In this document: piece by piece, positions 39,433 through 53,460 of the stretch
How positions within the stretch are numbered: the stretch's first letter is position 1
Layout of the letters: each line of letters begins with the position of its first letter
Source: Octopus bimaculoides
Lineage: Eukaryota
DNA length: 64,000 nucleotides
Direction: 5' to 3'
Assembly (NCBI RefSeq): GCF_001194135.2
Contig: NC_068987.1
Coordinates: 1,086,437 to 1,150,436, forward strand
Position numbers and translations under genes: made by a program
Notes under the pieces: generated by a model
Seen by the model: only the letters and a program-made list of their open reading frames with translations
What the model was told of the DNA's origin: nothing
The model's database searches: none

Positions 39433-40251
39433 CTAGAAACAACAACCAACTTTCCCTGAAATGATGCACTACTGTCTCAAAAACTGGAAGGCACATTGTA
39501 GAACCTATGTGTTGGTTACAAATGGAATCTATTTACTAAAAACTTGCGCACATTCACGGTTAACTGGGGAAGGGGAAATAAACAACATCAGTGACACTAC
39601 AAGTCTTGTCCTTATGCACAAACCTTACACACATCAACACTCTTGGGGCCCCTGTTCTATCAACTCGTTTCATAGCAGCTCAATTAGCACCATTTCCCTG
39701 TGAAACTATTACAAATCTGTATCAAATAAAACTCCAATGATTTTATCCGAAATATATCTGATTCAGATATACATATATATTAGATTAGGGCTGCAGATAA
39801 TAAAGTTGGTAGATCATCGCGTAAAGTGGCTGGCGGCGTTGTTTGGCTGAGTTTCCCATTGCTATTTATTCGAAAAACCTTGACCAGTCTAAACGCCCGC
39901 CCACACACACACACGGCGCCAACGCGCGCGCGAACTGGTAGCGTTGTTTGGTGGAATTCTTTCTCATTCTATGTTCAAGTCCTGTCGAATCTCACATTCT
40001 CATTTATGATTAATCGATAAAATAAGTAGCCGTCATATATTGGGGTCCAGGAATAATTGACAATTTCCCCGTCAAAGATTGTGGCCCGATGCCAGTTAGA
40101 TAAATCGGAATAAACATCATTGATTTCTAACAAATAAATCTAATAAAATATCGATTAGCAGTGTTAGTACCTTGGGCATATACATATACACGCAGGCACG
40201 TATATGCGAACACACACATAAACACACGCGCGCACACATATATTTATATGA

Positions 40252-40315
<64 letters not shown>

Positions 40316-41671
40316 NNNNNNNNNNNNNNNNNNNNNNNNNNNNNNNNNNNNNNNNNNNNNNNNNNNNNNNNNNNNNNNNNNNNNNNNNNNNNNNNNNNNN
40401 NNNNNNNNNNNNNNNNNNNNNNNNNNNNNNNNNNNNNNNNNNNNNNNNNNNNNNNNNNNNNNNNNNNNNNNNNNNNNNNNNNNNNNNNNNNNNNNNNNNN
40501 NNNNNNNNNNNNNNNNNNNNNNNNNNNNNNNNNNNNNNNNNNNNNNNNNNNNNNNNNNNNNNNNNNNNNNNNNNNNNNNNNNNNNNNNNNNNNNNNNNNN
40601 NNNNNNNNNNNNNNNNNNNNNNNNNNNNNNNNNNNNNNNNATATATATATATATATATCTTCATATATAAATACACTCACACACATACACACACACGTTC
40701 GTGTGTGTGCGTGTGTGTGTGTGTGTGTGTGCGTTTGTGCCTGTGTGTGTTTACCTATCATCCTTAAGGAAATACACGATTTATTAGTAAGCCATTGTAA
40801 TGTTGACTTGAAGCGTTCTGTCATCAGTTTAGCCATAAGACTTTGCTATTAGTCGAGATATATCTGAAGTGTGTGCAGTAATATTTAGTCATGGTGTAGT
40901 AGTAATAATAGAGACAGTAGTAGTAGTAGTAGTAATGGTGGTGGTGGTGGTGGTAGTCGTCAGTTTGTTGGTCACCTGCTTAAGAAAGAATGCCTTACCC
41001 TCGTCACCGGAAATTAAACTTCCTGTCCGATTTCACCAACTATAATATCCATTGGTCTGTCGCCAATATCTATGCCCGATGAGAGAAGTTTGTGATTTGT
41101 TATGGCCGAATTAAGTCTTGCTCTTGTCAATATATTTTGGCGGTTATTTCACTTAACCTGTTCTGGAAATCCAAAGTTCTCACTCAGTCCATATCCCCGA
41201 ATGCTAGTGCACGAAGGAAAAACAAACAGTTTAGCGAATGTTTTTATTTTCTGGCTCACCTTTCCTTAATGTACTACCAATAAAATTTATAGGCCGGAGG
41301 TGTAATTATGTGAATAACAAAGAAAATTTCCGCTGAGAGTCGGCCATATTTGTTGGTGTTATATCTAGTCAAACAGAAAGCATACGTGAGTGGATTAACA
41401 CGGCAATAATTAAGTTTAGTTTGCTAGGAGCTTGCATTGCATGATATTAACTACAATTCGTCGTTTCTTGTTGGGTTTGTTAGAGAATACACATGTTTGG
41501 GGTTCGAGCTGTTCTCGAATATTTATTAGGAAAATATGATCGATTTTATGCATTTTAAATGGACAGGAAAATATTAATAGAAATGTATGCACACAAACAC
41601 ACACAATCACACATCGACACAAACACGCACACGCATACAATGTGTACAGAAAGAATAATTTATTCAGCAAC

Positions 41672-41713
<42 letters not shown>

Positions 41714-42435
41714 NNNNNNNNNNTATATATATATATATATATATATACATATATAAAATCAACCTTTCTCTCTACCCCTCTCTCTCTCTACTCATAACCA
41801 GACACACGTACATAAATATACGCAAGTATATGTGTATGTGTATGTATATGTGTGCATGTATAGCTTATTGTGCACACATACACGCGCATGTAAAATATTT
41901 TAGACGTAAGAAAGTCATTAGAAGCTTTTAAACTTTATAGAATATATATACTCCAGCTTGGGCAGAATCTGCATTTACTGGCTTTTACAGTATAGAACTC
42001 CAATTTCTCTAACACTCACCAGAAGGTGCCATGTGATATTATGGACGAAATTTCGTCCTTCAAATACCACTTATAGTCTGCCAGCGGTGGATGCTATTTG
42101 AAAGAAGGCAAAGAGTAAAAGATCCTTGCTTAAATCCGAGTCCAGTTATTACGAAATAACATATTGTTCTCAACTGCTTGATTCAGCATGATTGACTTGA
42201 ACTCCACCTAATAAAGGATCGACTTAATGTTGTATATCCCGCATGAAGTGCATTCTTTGTTCTCTCAGCATGAAAAATCCTGGATGACAAATATAGTGTG
42301 CATATTTATGGTTGTGTTACTGATCATAATTTACGTATACATATATGTATACATACATACATACATACATACATACATACGTACGTACATACATACATAC
42401 ATACATACATACATACATACATACANNNNNNNNNN

Positions 42436-42501
<66 letters not shown>

Positions 42502-42646
42502 TATATAAGAGTATATGTATACACACAAACATATACACATACGTTAAAATGTAAACATGTACATATTCATATATGCGTATGTAGATATATACATGTGTGT
42601 GTGTGTGTATATATGTACGTACATATATATGTACGTACATATATGT

Positions 42647-42711
<65 letters not shown>

Positions 42712-43949
42712 NNNNNNNNNNNNNNNNNNNNNNNNNNNNNNNNNNNNNNNNNNNNNNNNNNNNNNNNNNNNNNNNNNNNNNNNNNNNNNNNNNNNNNNNN
42801 NNNNNNNNNNNNNNNNNNNNNNNNNNNNNNNNNNNNNNNNNNNNNNNNNNNNNNNNNNNNNNNNNNNNNNNNNNNNNNNNNNNNNNNNNNNNNNNNNNNN
42901 NNNNNNNNNNNNNNNNNNNNNNNNNNNNNNNNNNNNNNNNNNNNNNNNNNNNNNNNNNNNNNNNNNNNNNNNNNNNNNNNNNNNNNNNNNNNNNNNNNNN
43001 NNNNNNNNNNNNNNNNNNNNNNNNNNNNNNNNNNNNNNNNNNNNNNNNNNNNNNNNNNNNNNNNNNNNNNNNNNNNNNNNNNNNNNNNNNNNNNNNNNNN
43101 NNNNNNNNNNNNNNNNNNNNNNNNNNNNNNNNNNNNNNNNNNNNNNNNNNNNNNNNNNNNNNNNNNNNNNNNNNNNNNNNNNNNNNNNNNNNNNNNNNNN
43201 NNNNNNNNNNNNNNNNNNNNNNNNNNNNNNNNNNNNNNNNNNNNNNNNNNNNNNNNNNNNNNNNNNNNNNNNNNNNNNNNNNNNNNNNNNNNNNNNNNNN
43301 NNNNNNNNNNNNNNNNNNNNNNNNNNNNNNNNNNNNNNNNNNNNNNNNNNNNNNNNNNNNNNNNNNNNNNNNNNNNNNNNNNNNNNNNNNNNNNNNNNNN
43401 NNNNNNNNNNNNNNNNNNNNNNNNNNNNNNNNNNNNNNNNNNNNNNNNNNNNNNNNNNNNNNNNNNNNNNNNNNNNNNNNNNNNNNNNNNNNNNNNNNNN
43501 NNNNNNNNNNNNNNNNNNNNNNNNNNNNNNNNNNNNNNNNNNNNNNNNNNNNNNNNNNNNNNNNNNNNNNNNNNNNNNNNNNNNNTATATATATATATAT
43601 ATATATATAAATATTTATATTTATGTTTGAGTATAAATATATTTCACACACGCATATATATGTATACATGTGTATACACATGCATAAACACGCACATACA
43701 CATATATATACATATATATATATATATATACATATACATGTATACATATGCATCTATGTATGTGTGCGTGCGTTACTGTGTATGTATATACACTTAAATA
43801 TATGCATATAGGCATGTATACATATATATATAACCAGAATACCGATCTCTCTCTCTCTTTCTCTCTGTCTCATTCTATCTGTGTATGTATAAGGTAAATG
43901 TCTGTAAAAATTTATATTTACGCGCTAATTATCACATCTATATATGCTA

Positions 43950-44395
43950 TTAATTGATATTTCTTCAATTTCTATGTGATATCTACCATTATAGTCACAA
44001 AATTAATATGAACATATTAATAATCATATATTCCTCTACTTTATATCATTACAATACAGTTATGATATCTTCTATTGTCTCCGTAAAATTAATATCAATA
44101 CACTAATTAATATATTCCAACAGCTGATAGCGCTCTGCTGCACGTGTCATATCCACTACAGTATATAAAGAATTTGATATGAACATATTAATTATAACAT
44201 AGCTGGTAATTCTGCTATATATTTCTATATGATATCCTCTGCCATGTACGCGCAACCAATGTCAGCTCATCATATAGTCCAGTTGCTGTCTTTACTACAA
44301 TACATTTCTAGGTGATATCAACCGCCATATTTATTTATTCATAATTGATAATAATTGCAACATATTTTACTGCCGTTAGTATTATAACGCTGAAA
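43950..44395. repeat. Cryptic degenerate tandem repeat, period about 84 bp, about 5 units
   Basis: t(g/c)atatc anchors at 43977, 44063, 44147, 44230 and 44313 (spacings 86, 84, 83, 83). The sub-motif aattaatatgaacatattaat recurs at the same offset in units 1-3. Confidence 0.6.
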
Positions 44396-44741
44396 TTCCA
44401 GCCAATGTGTGAGCTTCAATATGTTCGCTCATCGTGCTAAAAGGAGCAAACTAAATCCGGGGACAATGAAGGAGACGATCGATGGTGTATTCCTAAATAA
44501 ATAATGTCTGAAACTTAAAGGAGCACGGACAGAACTAAATGATTACACGTACGCTAGGTCCTGTCTTGGATGCGGTAAGTAATAAGAACTGCAACAATAA
44601 TTTACTGCTGGGTTGCATGATACACTGTGTCCGAACACAGCACAGGATGGTCATGAGAGGAACAGTTTGGATAATATTGTTATTGACTGTCTCAATAAAT
44701 CATACAAGTAGGAACGATGAAGGTGGCCAGCTTTCATAATC

Positions 44742-44950
44742 TTTACTATAGGCATAATGTCTGAGATTTTGGAGGTAGTGGGGCTAAGTCGATCTTTTCG
44801 ACCGCCGTGCTTAACTGGTAATTATGTCATTGACCCCGAAAGAAATTTAATTCAAATTCAACCTCGGCGGAGTTTGAGCTCATAACGTATAAACGGACGA
44901 AATGCCGCTAAACATTGTTCCGGTCTGTTAACGATTTTGCCAGTTCCTCG
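44742..44950 (-). mobile_element. SINE family A, degenerate copy
   Basis: aacctcggcggagtttgagctcataacgtataaacggacgaaatgccgctaa...aacgattttgccag is colinear with 38822-39040. Confidence 0.8.
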
Positions 44951-45050
44951 ATTTACATGGCCAGCTTTTATGATATAATCAATAAAACATTATGTTTAGT
45001 TGGATGGTCATTGTTGGAATATCGTTCATAATATATATGTGTATAATACA

Positions 45051-45202
45051 GGCGCAGAAATGGTTTTGCAAAAAAGCACTCGGGTTTTGGGTTCAGCTGC
45101 ACTCAGTGGTACATTGGGCAAGTAGCTTTTACAATAGCAGCGAACTGATCAATGCCTTGTGAATGAATTTGATAGCGAGAAACTGTGTAGAATCTCGTCG
45201 TA
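45051..45202 (+). mobile_element. SINE family C, degenerate 5' half
   Basis: ggcgcagaaatgg...gggttcag...acattgggcaagt...gccttgtgaatgaatttgatag aligns to 34103-34283 and runs into a (TA)/(TAC) tract. Confidence 0.75.
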
Positions 45203-45291
45203 TATACATACGTATATACATATGTAAATACATAAAAAACATACATATATATATACATATATATACACATATATATGCGTGTGTGTGTATG

Positions 45292-45325
<34 letters not shown>

Positions 45326-45385
45326 TATAAATATATACATTATATATGTATATATATGTGTGTGCGTGTATACATACACACACAC

Positions 45386-45442
<57 letters not shown>

Positions 45443-45792
45443 TATGTAGGGGTGAGCGTGTCCATTTCCTTTGTTTTCCTTGTTTTCCGATGCTCCTTTG
45501 GTTGTCCTACTGCGCAACATGTTACTGCATATATGTATATAAATATATATNNNNNNNNNNNNNNNNNNNNNNNNNNNNNNNNNNNNNNNNNNNNNNNNNN
45601 NNNNNNNNNNNNNNNNNNNNNNNNNNNNNNNNNNNNNNNNNNNNNNNNNNNNNNNNNNNNNNNNNNNNNNNNNNNNNNNNNNNNNNNNNNNNNNNNNNNN
45701 NNNNNNNNNNNNNNNNNNNNNNNNNNNNNNNNNNNNNNNNNNNNNNNNNNNNNNNNNNNNNNNNNNNNNNNNNNNNNNNNNNNNNNNNNNNN

Positions 45793-45823
<31 letters not shown>

Positions 45824-45893
45824 ATATATATATCTGCCAACTAAGTGTGGCGTCCTACACAGCACAGTGCTATTGTTGTTTATAGCCCTCCCA

Positions 45894-45929
<36 letters not shown>

Positions 45930-46499
45930 GTACACATCGTTTATCCATTTTAATATAAGACTTCATTTAATTACATCAGGAATTTCACATCTTGAGCCAC
46001 GTTTTATCATAGTATTTAGACTCTTACCGTCTCCCCCTCCTCCTCCTACTGCTGCTGCTGCCGCTACTGCTGCCGTTGTTGTTGCTGCTGTTACTATCAA
46101 TACAATAATTCCGTTTAGTTCTACACAATTATCGCCGTCGTCACCATAATCCTCATCACCACGATCATCCACACCATAATCACCATCATCATCACCACCA
46201 TCATCGTCACCACCACCATATGGCTACATTATCCACTGTGTCTGTTTTTCTCCCGAGGTAATTCGTTCCGACGTCTCAAAACCTTCAATTATTTTTAAAA
46301 CTCTTAACTTTATCCTTAAAATCATATTAGCTTTAAGCATCGACTTGTATTTTATCGTTTGATTGATACCATTCACATACAGCCTTTATTTTTGCAAGAC
46401 TTTTTTCAGGGAGAATGATGAAAACCTATTATATTTTGTCTAAGGTTCACTAATTTTGGAGAGAGTAAACGAAAGAGAACCCCAGCACCATTCGTTATT

Positions 46500-46680
46500 T
46501 TTGTTGTTATTTAATCCTAGGTTAATCCCTATTTGTCAGACCTATGATAAGAAGAATTCAAGACTTGTTCATCTTCTATTCTAGGCCTATATTATATATT
46601 GTACTCTTTCCAAACTTAAGTAGGTGTTATTTAATGAAAGATAGGTCGGAGTGCTACTTCTAGTAGATAGAGAGGTCTCA
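46500..46680. mobile_element. Dispersed repeat family D fragment
   Basis: (GTT)-rich start, then cctaggttaatcc, gacctatgat and gctacttctagtag, as in 36625-36770 and 11540-11655. Confidence 0.55.
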
Positions 46681-47570
46681 AATTTGCCCCTTTATCTCGA
46701 TGTCTAATGGTTTGGTATTGTAAGCAGCAAATGTGTTTACTGTGTGTGGTGTTAAACTGGGTGACGACATAAGCCCGTCTTTCTATAAAAAGACGCCATG
46801 CAATGAACTAACTTGCTGGAATTAAACCATAAAATTGGATAAAAAACACAATATTGGAGAGAATATTCCAGACACAGGCCAGTTTACCACAGAGTCACTT
46901 GTCCAAAAACAAGTGGAAAAATTTTCCAAACTAATTGAATTTTTCTGAGGTTGCCATAAGCATCAGCAGAATCGAAGTTGGATACGCTAATGTTTGGTAA
47001 TGGTTTCTCTTGTCGACCGTTTTCGTTCCATCATTTCAAGAACAATGATTGTCAAGGAGACTCGGCCAAATATAGGTATTAAGCATTAAAAAAAAAACAA
47101 AAAAACTTACCACTCACAGAATAAACATAACAAAAAAAGAAAAAGGTAAATGTTATACGATACCTACGGTAAGACTATACTTATACGAGTGCATTCAGAT
47201 TATATATAGTCACACATACAGACACATTCCACACACACACACACATAAACAGACACACACAAACACACATGCACACACCTATATATAAGTATATATATAC
47301 GTATATAGATGGATATGTAGCTATCTATTTATCTCTTTATACAAGTATACATATATATCTACATACACACAAGTATGTATAAACAAATACATGCATATGC
47401 TCACAGACACGCACGCACGTATACGCACGTACGTATCTATATGAGAGTGTGTGTGTGAATGTGTGTGTGTGATATGTTTGTATGCTTATTGAGACAAAAA
47501 TAAGCTTCGCGAACTATTGTATGCAACCCTTCATTTCGAGCTGTAAACTACCATATTTACTATTGTGTGA

Positions 47571-47611
<41 letters not shown>

Positions 47612-48189
47612 NNNNNNNNNNNNNNNNNNNNNNNNNNNNNNNNNNNNNNNNNNNNNNNNNNNNNNNNNNNNNNNNNNNNNNNNNNNNNNNNNNNNNNNNN
47701 NNNNNNNNNNNNNNNNNNNNNNNNNNNNNNNNNNNNNNNNNNNNNNNNNNNNNNNNNNNNNNNNNNNNNNNNNNNNNNNNNNNNNNNNNNNNNNNNNNNN
47801 NNNNNNNNNNNNNNNNNNNNNNNNNNNNNNNNNNNNNNNNNNNNNNNNNNNNNNNNNNNNNNNNNNNNNNNNNNNNNNNNNNNNNNNNNNNNNNNNNNNN
47901 NNNNNNNNNNNNNNNNNNNNNNNNNNNNNNNNNNNNNNNNNNNNNNNNNNNNNNNNNNNNNNNNNNNNNNNNNNNNNNNNNNNNNNNNNNNNNNNNNNNN
48001 NNNNNNNNNNNNNNNNNNNNNNNNNNNNNNNNNNNNNNNNNNNNNNNNNNNNNNNNNNNNNNNNNNNNNNNNNNNNNNNNNNNNNNNNNNNNNNNNNNNN
48101 NNNNNNNNNNNNNNNNNNNNNNNNNNNNNNNNNNNNNNNNNNNNNNNNNNNNNNNNNNNNNNNNNNNNNNNNNNNNNNNNNNNNNNNNN

Positions 48190-48255
<66 letters not shown>

Positions 48256-48548
48256 AAGTACAGAGACTATGAAGGAGAAAAACTTGATCATAATTTGAGT
48301 TCTCTGTCATTTGAATTTCCACAAATCACGCACAAGCGCATACAGAAATACGCAAATATACACACATATGCATATAGTGCATACATATACATACATATAC
48401 ATACATTCATGCATATATATATATGTATGTGTGTATGTGTGTGTGCGCGCGCAGACCTGGTCTTAGATATACGCACGTAACGAGACATAAAAGAACATAT
48501 ATTTGTACACAATAATTGAATATAAAAGCAAATTAAAAACTTACTCTG

Positions 48549-48587
<39 letters not shown>

Positions 48588-48873
48588 CTATACACACATC
48601 CACGTGATACATGCATGCATTTGAGAGTATCAATGAATTTTTATATGAAAAAAGTTTGTATGTTATTACAGATATATANNNNNNNNNNNNNNNNNNNNNN
48701 NNNNNNNNNNNNNNNNNNNNNNNNNNNNNNNNNNNNNNNNNNNNNNNNNNNNNNNNNNNNNNNNNNNNNNNNNNNNNNNNNNNNNNNNNNNNNNNNNNNN
48801 NNNNNNNNNNNNNNNNNNNNNNNNNNNNNNNNNNNNNNNNNNNNNNNNNNNNNNNNNNNNNNNNNNNNNNNNN

Positions 48874-48936
<63 letters not shown>

Positions 48937-50916
48937 ATATGTATGTACGTCATGATAGTCATTATATATACACCAGCACACACCCTCAATGTCAAACCAT
49001 CCATTCCTATAAGTATGTATTCTCCGCTAAAACACAATTATCTTTCTAATTACTTTAATATCCTGCATCTTTAATCTTTCCGTGAGGCAAATCTCTGAAG
49101 AATTGCGGTGCATCATTCTATTGTCATCTGAGCTGACCAGTTTTATTAAAACAGGGAGTAGTTTTGCCGTAAAACAGGGAGTTATTAATTGTTATGTGCA
49201 ACATCTGGTTTGGAGCTGTGAAAATAACACAGATCCATTCTATAAAAAAAAGATCTTCACTGCGTAATGATGCAGAGATCTGAGTTCGATTCCTCTTTGC
49301 GTTACTTCGAGAAAGTAATCCTTTTATAATTGACCATAGACCTAAGTTCAATACGCTAAATAATGTCGACGGAAAATGCCTTTAACTGTTTCGATGGTAA
49401 TCGGCCGCTCGGTTAATGAACGCCGACTGGTCATTAAATGTCTTTGGAGGAATACATCCTGATAGAAATATTTGAGCCTTCTCTCAAGTCTTAGGACAAT
49501 TACCTGTTACCTATTGAGATCCCCTAAAGAGCCACAAACGCGTCTGAGAATCCGATAGGTGGCAGCATGGGTACGTATAGTGTTTGTAGACCTTTTTGCA
49601 ATGCTCTTAGACTTATGTCATTTATGAAGCATAAGCTCGGATCTCAGTAATAATCGTTATGTGGTGGATCGCAGTAATAACCATTGTGTGGCGACATAGC
49701 GTGACAAAATAAAACACTGCTACCTGTCAGAATGATTCTGAATGACAGGTCTAACCTTGTCACAGGCAACATCACTATGATTCTGCATGTATGCAGAATA
49801 CTCAGCCACTTGCCGTAAAATGTAGTGGATTAGACTCGTAACTCATGATGTAATGCTCAATCTAAACTAAGATAATGTTAATACAAATGTGTAAGATTAT
49901 TCAGTCCTATATGGTGGAGTACAAGGTGGCCTGTGCAACTAATTTAAAGGATCCACTCTAGAGACACACAAGGTCTGCCCCTGTAATTTAAATGCATGCA
50001 TATATTAGTTAATTAAACCATAATTAAACGACGAAATAGTTAAAAATAATTACCATTCCTAAATACTTCGGTTGACGAAATAACTCATTCGCAAATATTT
50101 TGGTCGCAATTTCGAAAGGCATGCCCCTCACAACATCATACTTAATGTCATCATAAAATATCGGGCATGTTTGTCTCGTTGGCCTAGTAATGTTGCCGAA
50201 ATATTTTAAATTATTCGACTCGTGATGCGTCCAGATGAAATTAAATATCAAGCGATTTGATGAGAACATGTAAACCAGAACCCAGACTGCATTTCTTTCA
50301 CTTTCTTGTTATATTCAGTGGAGTCCAGCGTGATGGAAGCATTCCAACCAGGTTGTATATGCCTCAGTCTATTTTGCGTCCACCAATCCCAAAGGACCTC
50401 AAAATTGGTCTTTCTCTTCTCACAGAATAAATAAACCACATCTTTATCTCGATGACAACACTACATCGAAGAATATATATACGCTTAAACGCGGAGATGT
50501 TTTACCAATTCTTTCAAAATATGCTAACATTTAAAAGCTTACATCATAGGTTCTGTGATGTTCTTTAGATGTCAAGTTCACCCCGCTCCACGTGCCCACC
50601 CCCAATCATCTCTGACTTACAACAATCGCAGTAATGTAGGCTAATGCAACATATTCATTTATTTCCATCGAACGGGCGACTCATACGTTCTGCTCTCTCT
50701 TCTAGTCTTTGCTGTTCGTTACAGTCTTTACATTGTTGCTAGCCGATACAGCACACATTGATTACCGATCGATTATTTATCAGATTTCTTTTTATTTCAT
50801 CCTTTTATATATATTTTTTTCGTATTCCTTTTTCTATTTGGGTGTTTTCACAGTCAGTGTGACAATTATAGATATTACACAGATATAATGTTAGCATTTA
50901 GCATATTATACATTCG

Positions 50917-50964
<48 letters not shown>

Positions 50965-52140
50965 CTGTCTTTATGTCTCTGTGTCTCTGTACACACACAC
51001 ACTCACACACACACACATACACGCACACATACATATAAATATATATGTTAAATGCCTAAATACATTTACCTACAAACACAAATGTATGCATGATTATGTA
51101 TATTTGAACCAACTTGTGTGTTTGCCATCTAAATAAGAATATAAGGAAGTTTGTGTTTGTGTGTGTGTGTGCGTGTGTGCGTGTGTGCGCGCGTGTGTGT
51201 GTATGTTTGTTTGCGTGTGTGTCTGTGAACTAAAGTGTGAATGAAATCATGAATATATTTAAGTATATGAGAGTGTGTAATTTTTTGTGTGTATGTGAGT
51301 GCATGTCAATGTGTGAATATTTGTGACTGAAGGTGTATGAATGTGTTCGCTTCCTTATATGTAAATGCTTGAATGGGAAATATAAGAACAAATCTACATG
51401 TTTGTATATATAGGAATGTGTGTGTGTGTATGTGGATGTGTCTACATGGGAATATATCTACATGTGAATTGCCATAAATATGTAAATGTCCGTTAAACAT
51501 TCAATTTGCCTTTAAAATTCGACCTGCCTCAAACATTAGGTAATATATTAGCAAGAAGCAAACACACACAAACACATATGCACACATACATACACATTTG
51601 TATATATAGACACACAGACACACACACACATAGTTTTCTACGATTGTGTGATGCATACAATAATAAAATGTTCTTGACAAGCTCAGTTTTGTTCCCAAAC
51701 TTTATTCATTTTGCACTTAGATCATTGTGTAATCTCGGCATGTGCAACATATATATATATATATATATATCTGTGTGTGTATACATGCATACATGCTTAT
51801 ATATACATACATGCTCATACAAACACACACACAGACATGCATACACAAAAACACACACACACGCATGCATGCACGCTTACACGCACGCATGCACGCTCCC
51901 CCTCTCTCTCTTTCTCACACGCACACACAAGCACACACACACACACACACACTCAAATACGACACACACATATATATGAAGGAGTAGACAAACGTTGAAA
52001 ACGTAATACCTGGATACCTGCGCTGATCGAAAGTATTATTGACCGAAAGACAAAAATGATCGAAGAAATTCTTTTTAGAAAGACAAATTCCTAGAATCAT
52101 ATCATATGTTCATTGAAACTACGAAAATCTTACTAATTGT

Positions 52141-52177
52141 CTTAAGATCGATATCAACTTAAGATCGATATCAACTT
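52141..52177. repeat. Perfect 17-bp tandem duplication (cttaagatcgatatcaa x2)
   Basis: Seen directly. Similar micro-duplications occur at 1300-1321 (11 bp), 25655-25684 (15 bp) and 49640-49693 (27 bp, imperfect). Confidence 0.9.
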
Positions 52178-53202
52178 CCAAAATGAATTTGTTTTCATTT
52201 TTCAATATTTTAAAGTTAGCTGTTATTCTTTTAATAAGAAATTAGATATATTTATATAACATGTATGCTTTAAGAGAAGACGTTCACAAGGATGCAAAGT
52301 GGATTCACAACAAAGATTATGCGAATTCTTTGTTTCTATTTTTGCGTGGTGGAATTGTTTTACGGTGAACAGCACTGTTAATGTTCTTTGGCATAAAAAG
52401 TTCATCAGTGTATAGGAAACCTAACTGTGCATTAAGACGAAACACAATGTTAATGGGTACGTATAGTGTCCCTTCATAGAATTGGATCAAACAATGGAAT
52501 GGAAATATCGATGTCAGGCTTTGATGTGATTATTTGTGCCATCATTCTTTTGTACAATTACATTATCACACTTCAAAAAGAACATTTGATAACGGTCAGT
52601 CCACTATATTGTATTCCATACCGTTTTACTCCGAGGACACAGTTTTTCCGAAATATTACAGAAATCACTGCAACTTATCTGGTGGGTTTGTTTTCATTTG
52701 ATGAAAAGCATCGGATCGATAACCGAAATGAAGATGCGACAAAAAATAAACGGGTGGGGGAAGAAGCACATCTGCAACACTTGTACTGAACGACGAACGT
52801 ACAGTTCTGAGTTATTTTTCCATTTCGAGAAACAGAAGTGCAAGAAGCAGAAATGGAAATAATTAGATATTAATGTCAACACAAAACACAGGGAGCAAAG
52901 GAGTTTATGAATAGGTGACAGGAAGTAAATACTGGAACCAGTCTGTGGTAACCCGGATCATAGTAATAGAAGATTCCAGAATGGTGTACTGTTCCCGTTG
53001 CTGTCAAACTTGACACTGCCATGAATGGTACGGAGCTGTTGAGAGAAATCAAGGCAGCTTCATTTGTAAATCAGTAGGGACCATAGTTAAGGCACTCACG
53101 AGTGACGGCGAGGAACATTAGTTTTCGATCATCAACACATCTGCCGTGAATCATGAAATGTTCATGACCTAAATTTCGTTTAAATCTTTACTGAATCGTT
53201 AC

Positions 53203-53460
53203 CTTTTCAACAGTCTTTAGTAGATATGATAAATGGTTCTTCTGTCCACAATAATAAGTCACAAAATAGTTCAGCTGATAGAAGCTGTGCCTGACGGATT
53301 CCAAGAAACTTCTCTGCAATAAAACCTTGAGTTTAGGATGTGTCTCTGACGTTTTAAAGTAATTTTTTCGTTTCCTATTGGCATAAACCCTACAATCGCC
53401 CGCTTCTTTTCTAAGGTCCCTTATACTTTTTGTGTTAAGTTGCGAATGACAATTTTTAAT
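53203..53460 (-). CDS. Candidate exon, unknown protein (phase 0-0, 86 codons)
   Basis: Strong acceptor aattgtttctctatttttag|ATT, open frame IKNCHSQLNTKSIRDLRKEAGDCRVYANRKRKNYFKTSETHPKLKVLLQRSFLESVRHSFYQLNYFVTYYCGQKNHLSYLLKTVEK, and donor AAG|gtaacg (or read-through VTIQ-stop as a terminal exon). It is absent from the supplied ORF track. No homology recognised. Confidence 0.4.

Noticed and set aside
42043-42058. Perfect 16-bp palindrome ggacgaaatttcgtcc
   Set aside because: About one such palindrome is expected by chance in this much sequence.
5619-45202. A/B-box segments as tRNA genes; recurring short motifs as a CRISPR array
   Set aside because: No cloverleaf is present, and the segments continue into SINE bodies. 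There is no regular repeat-spacer structure, and the context is eukaryotic.
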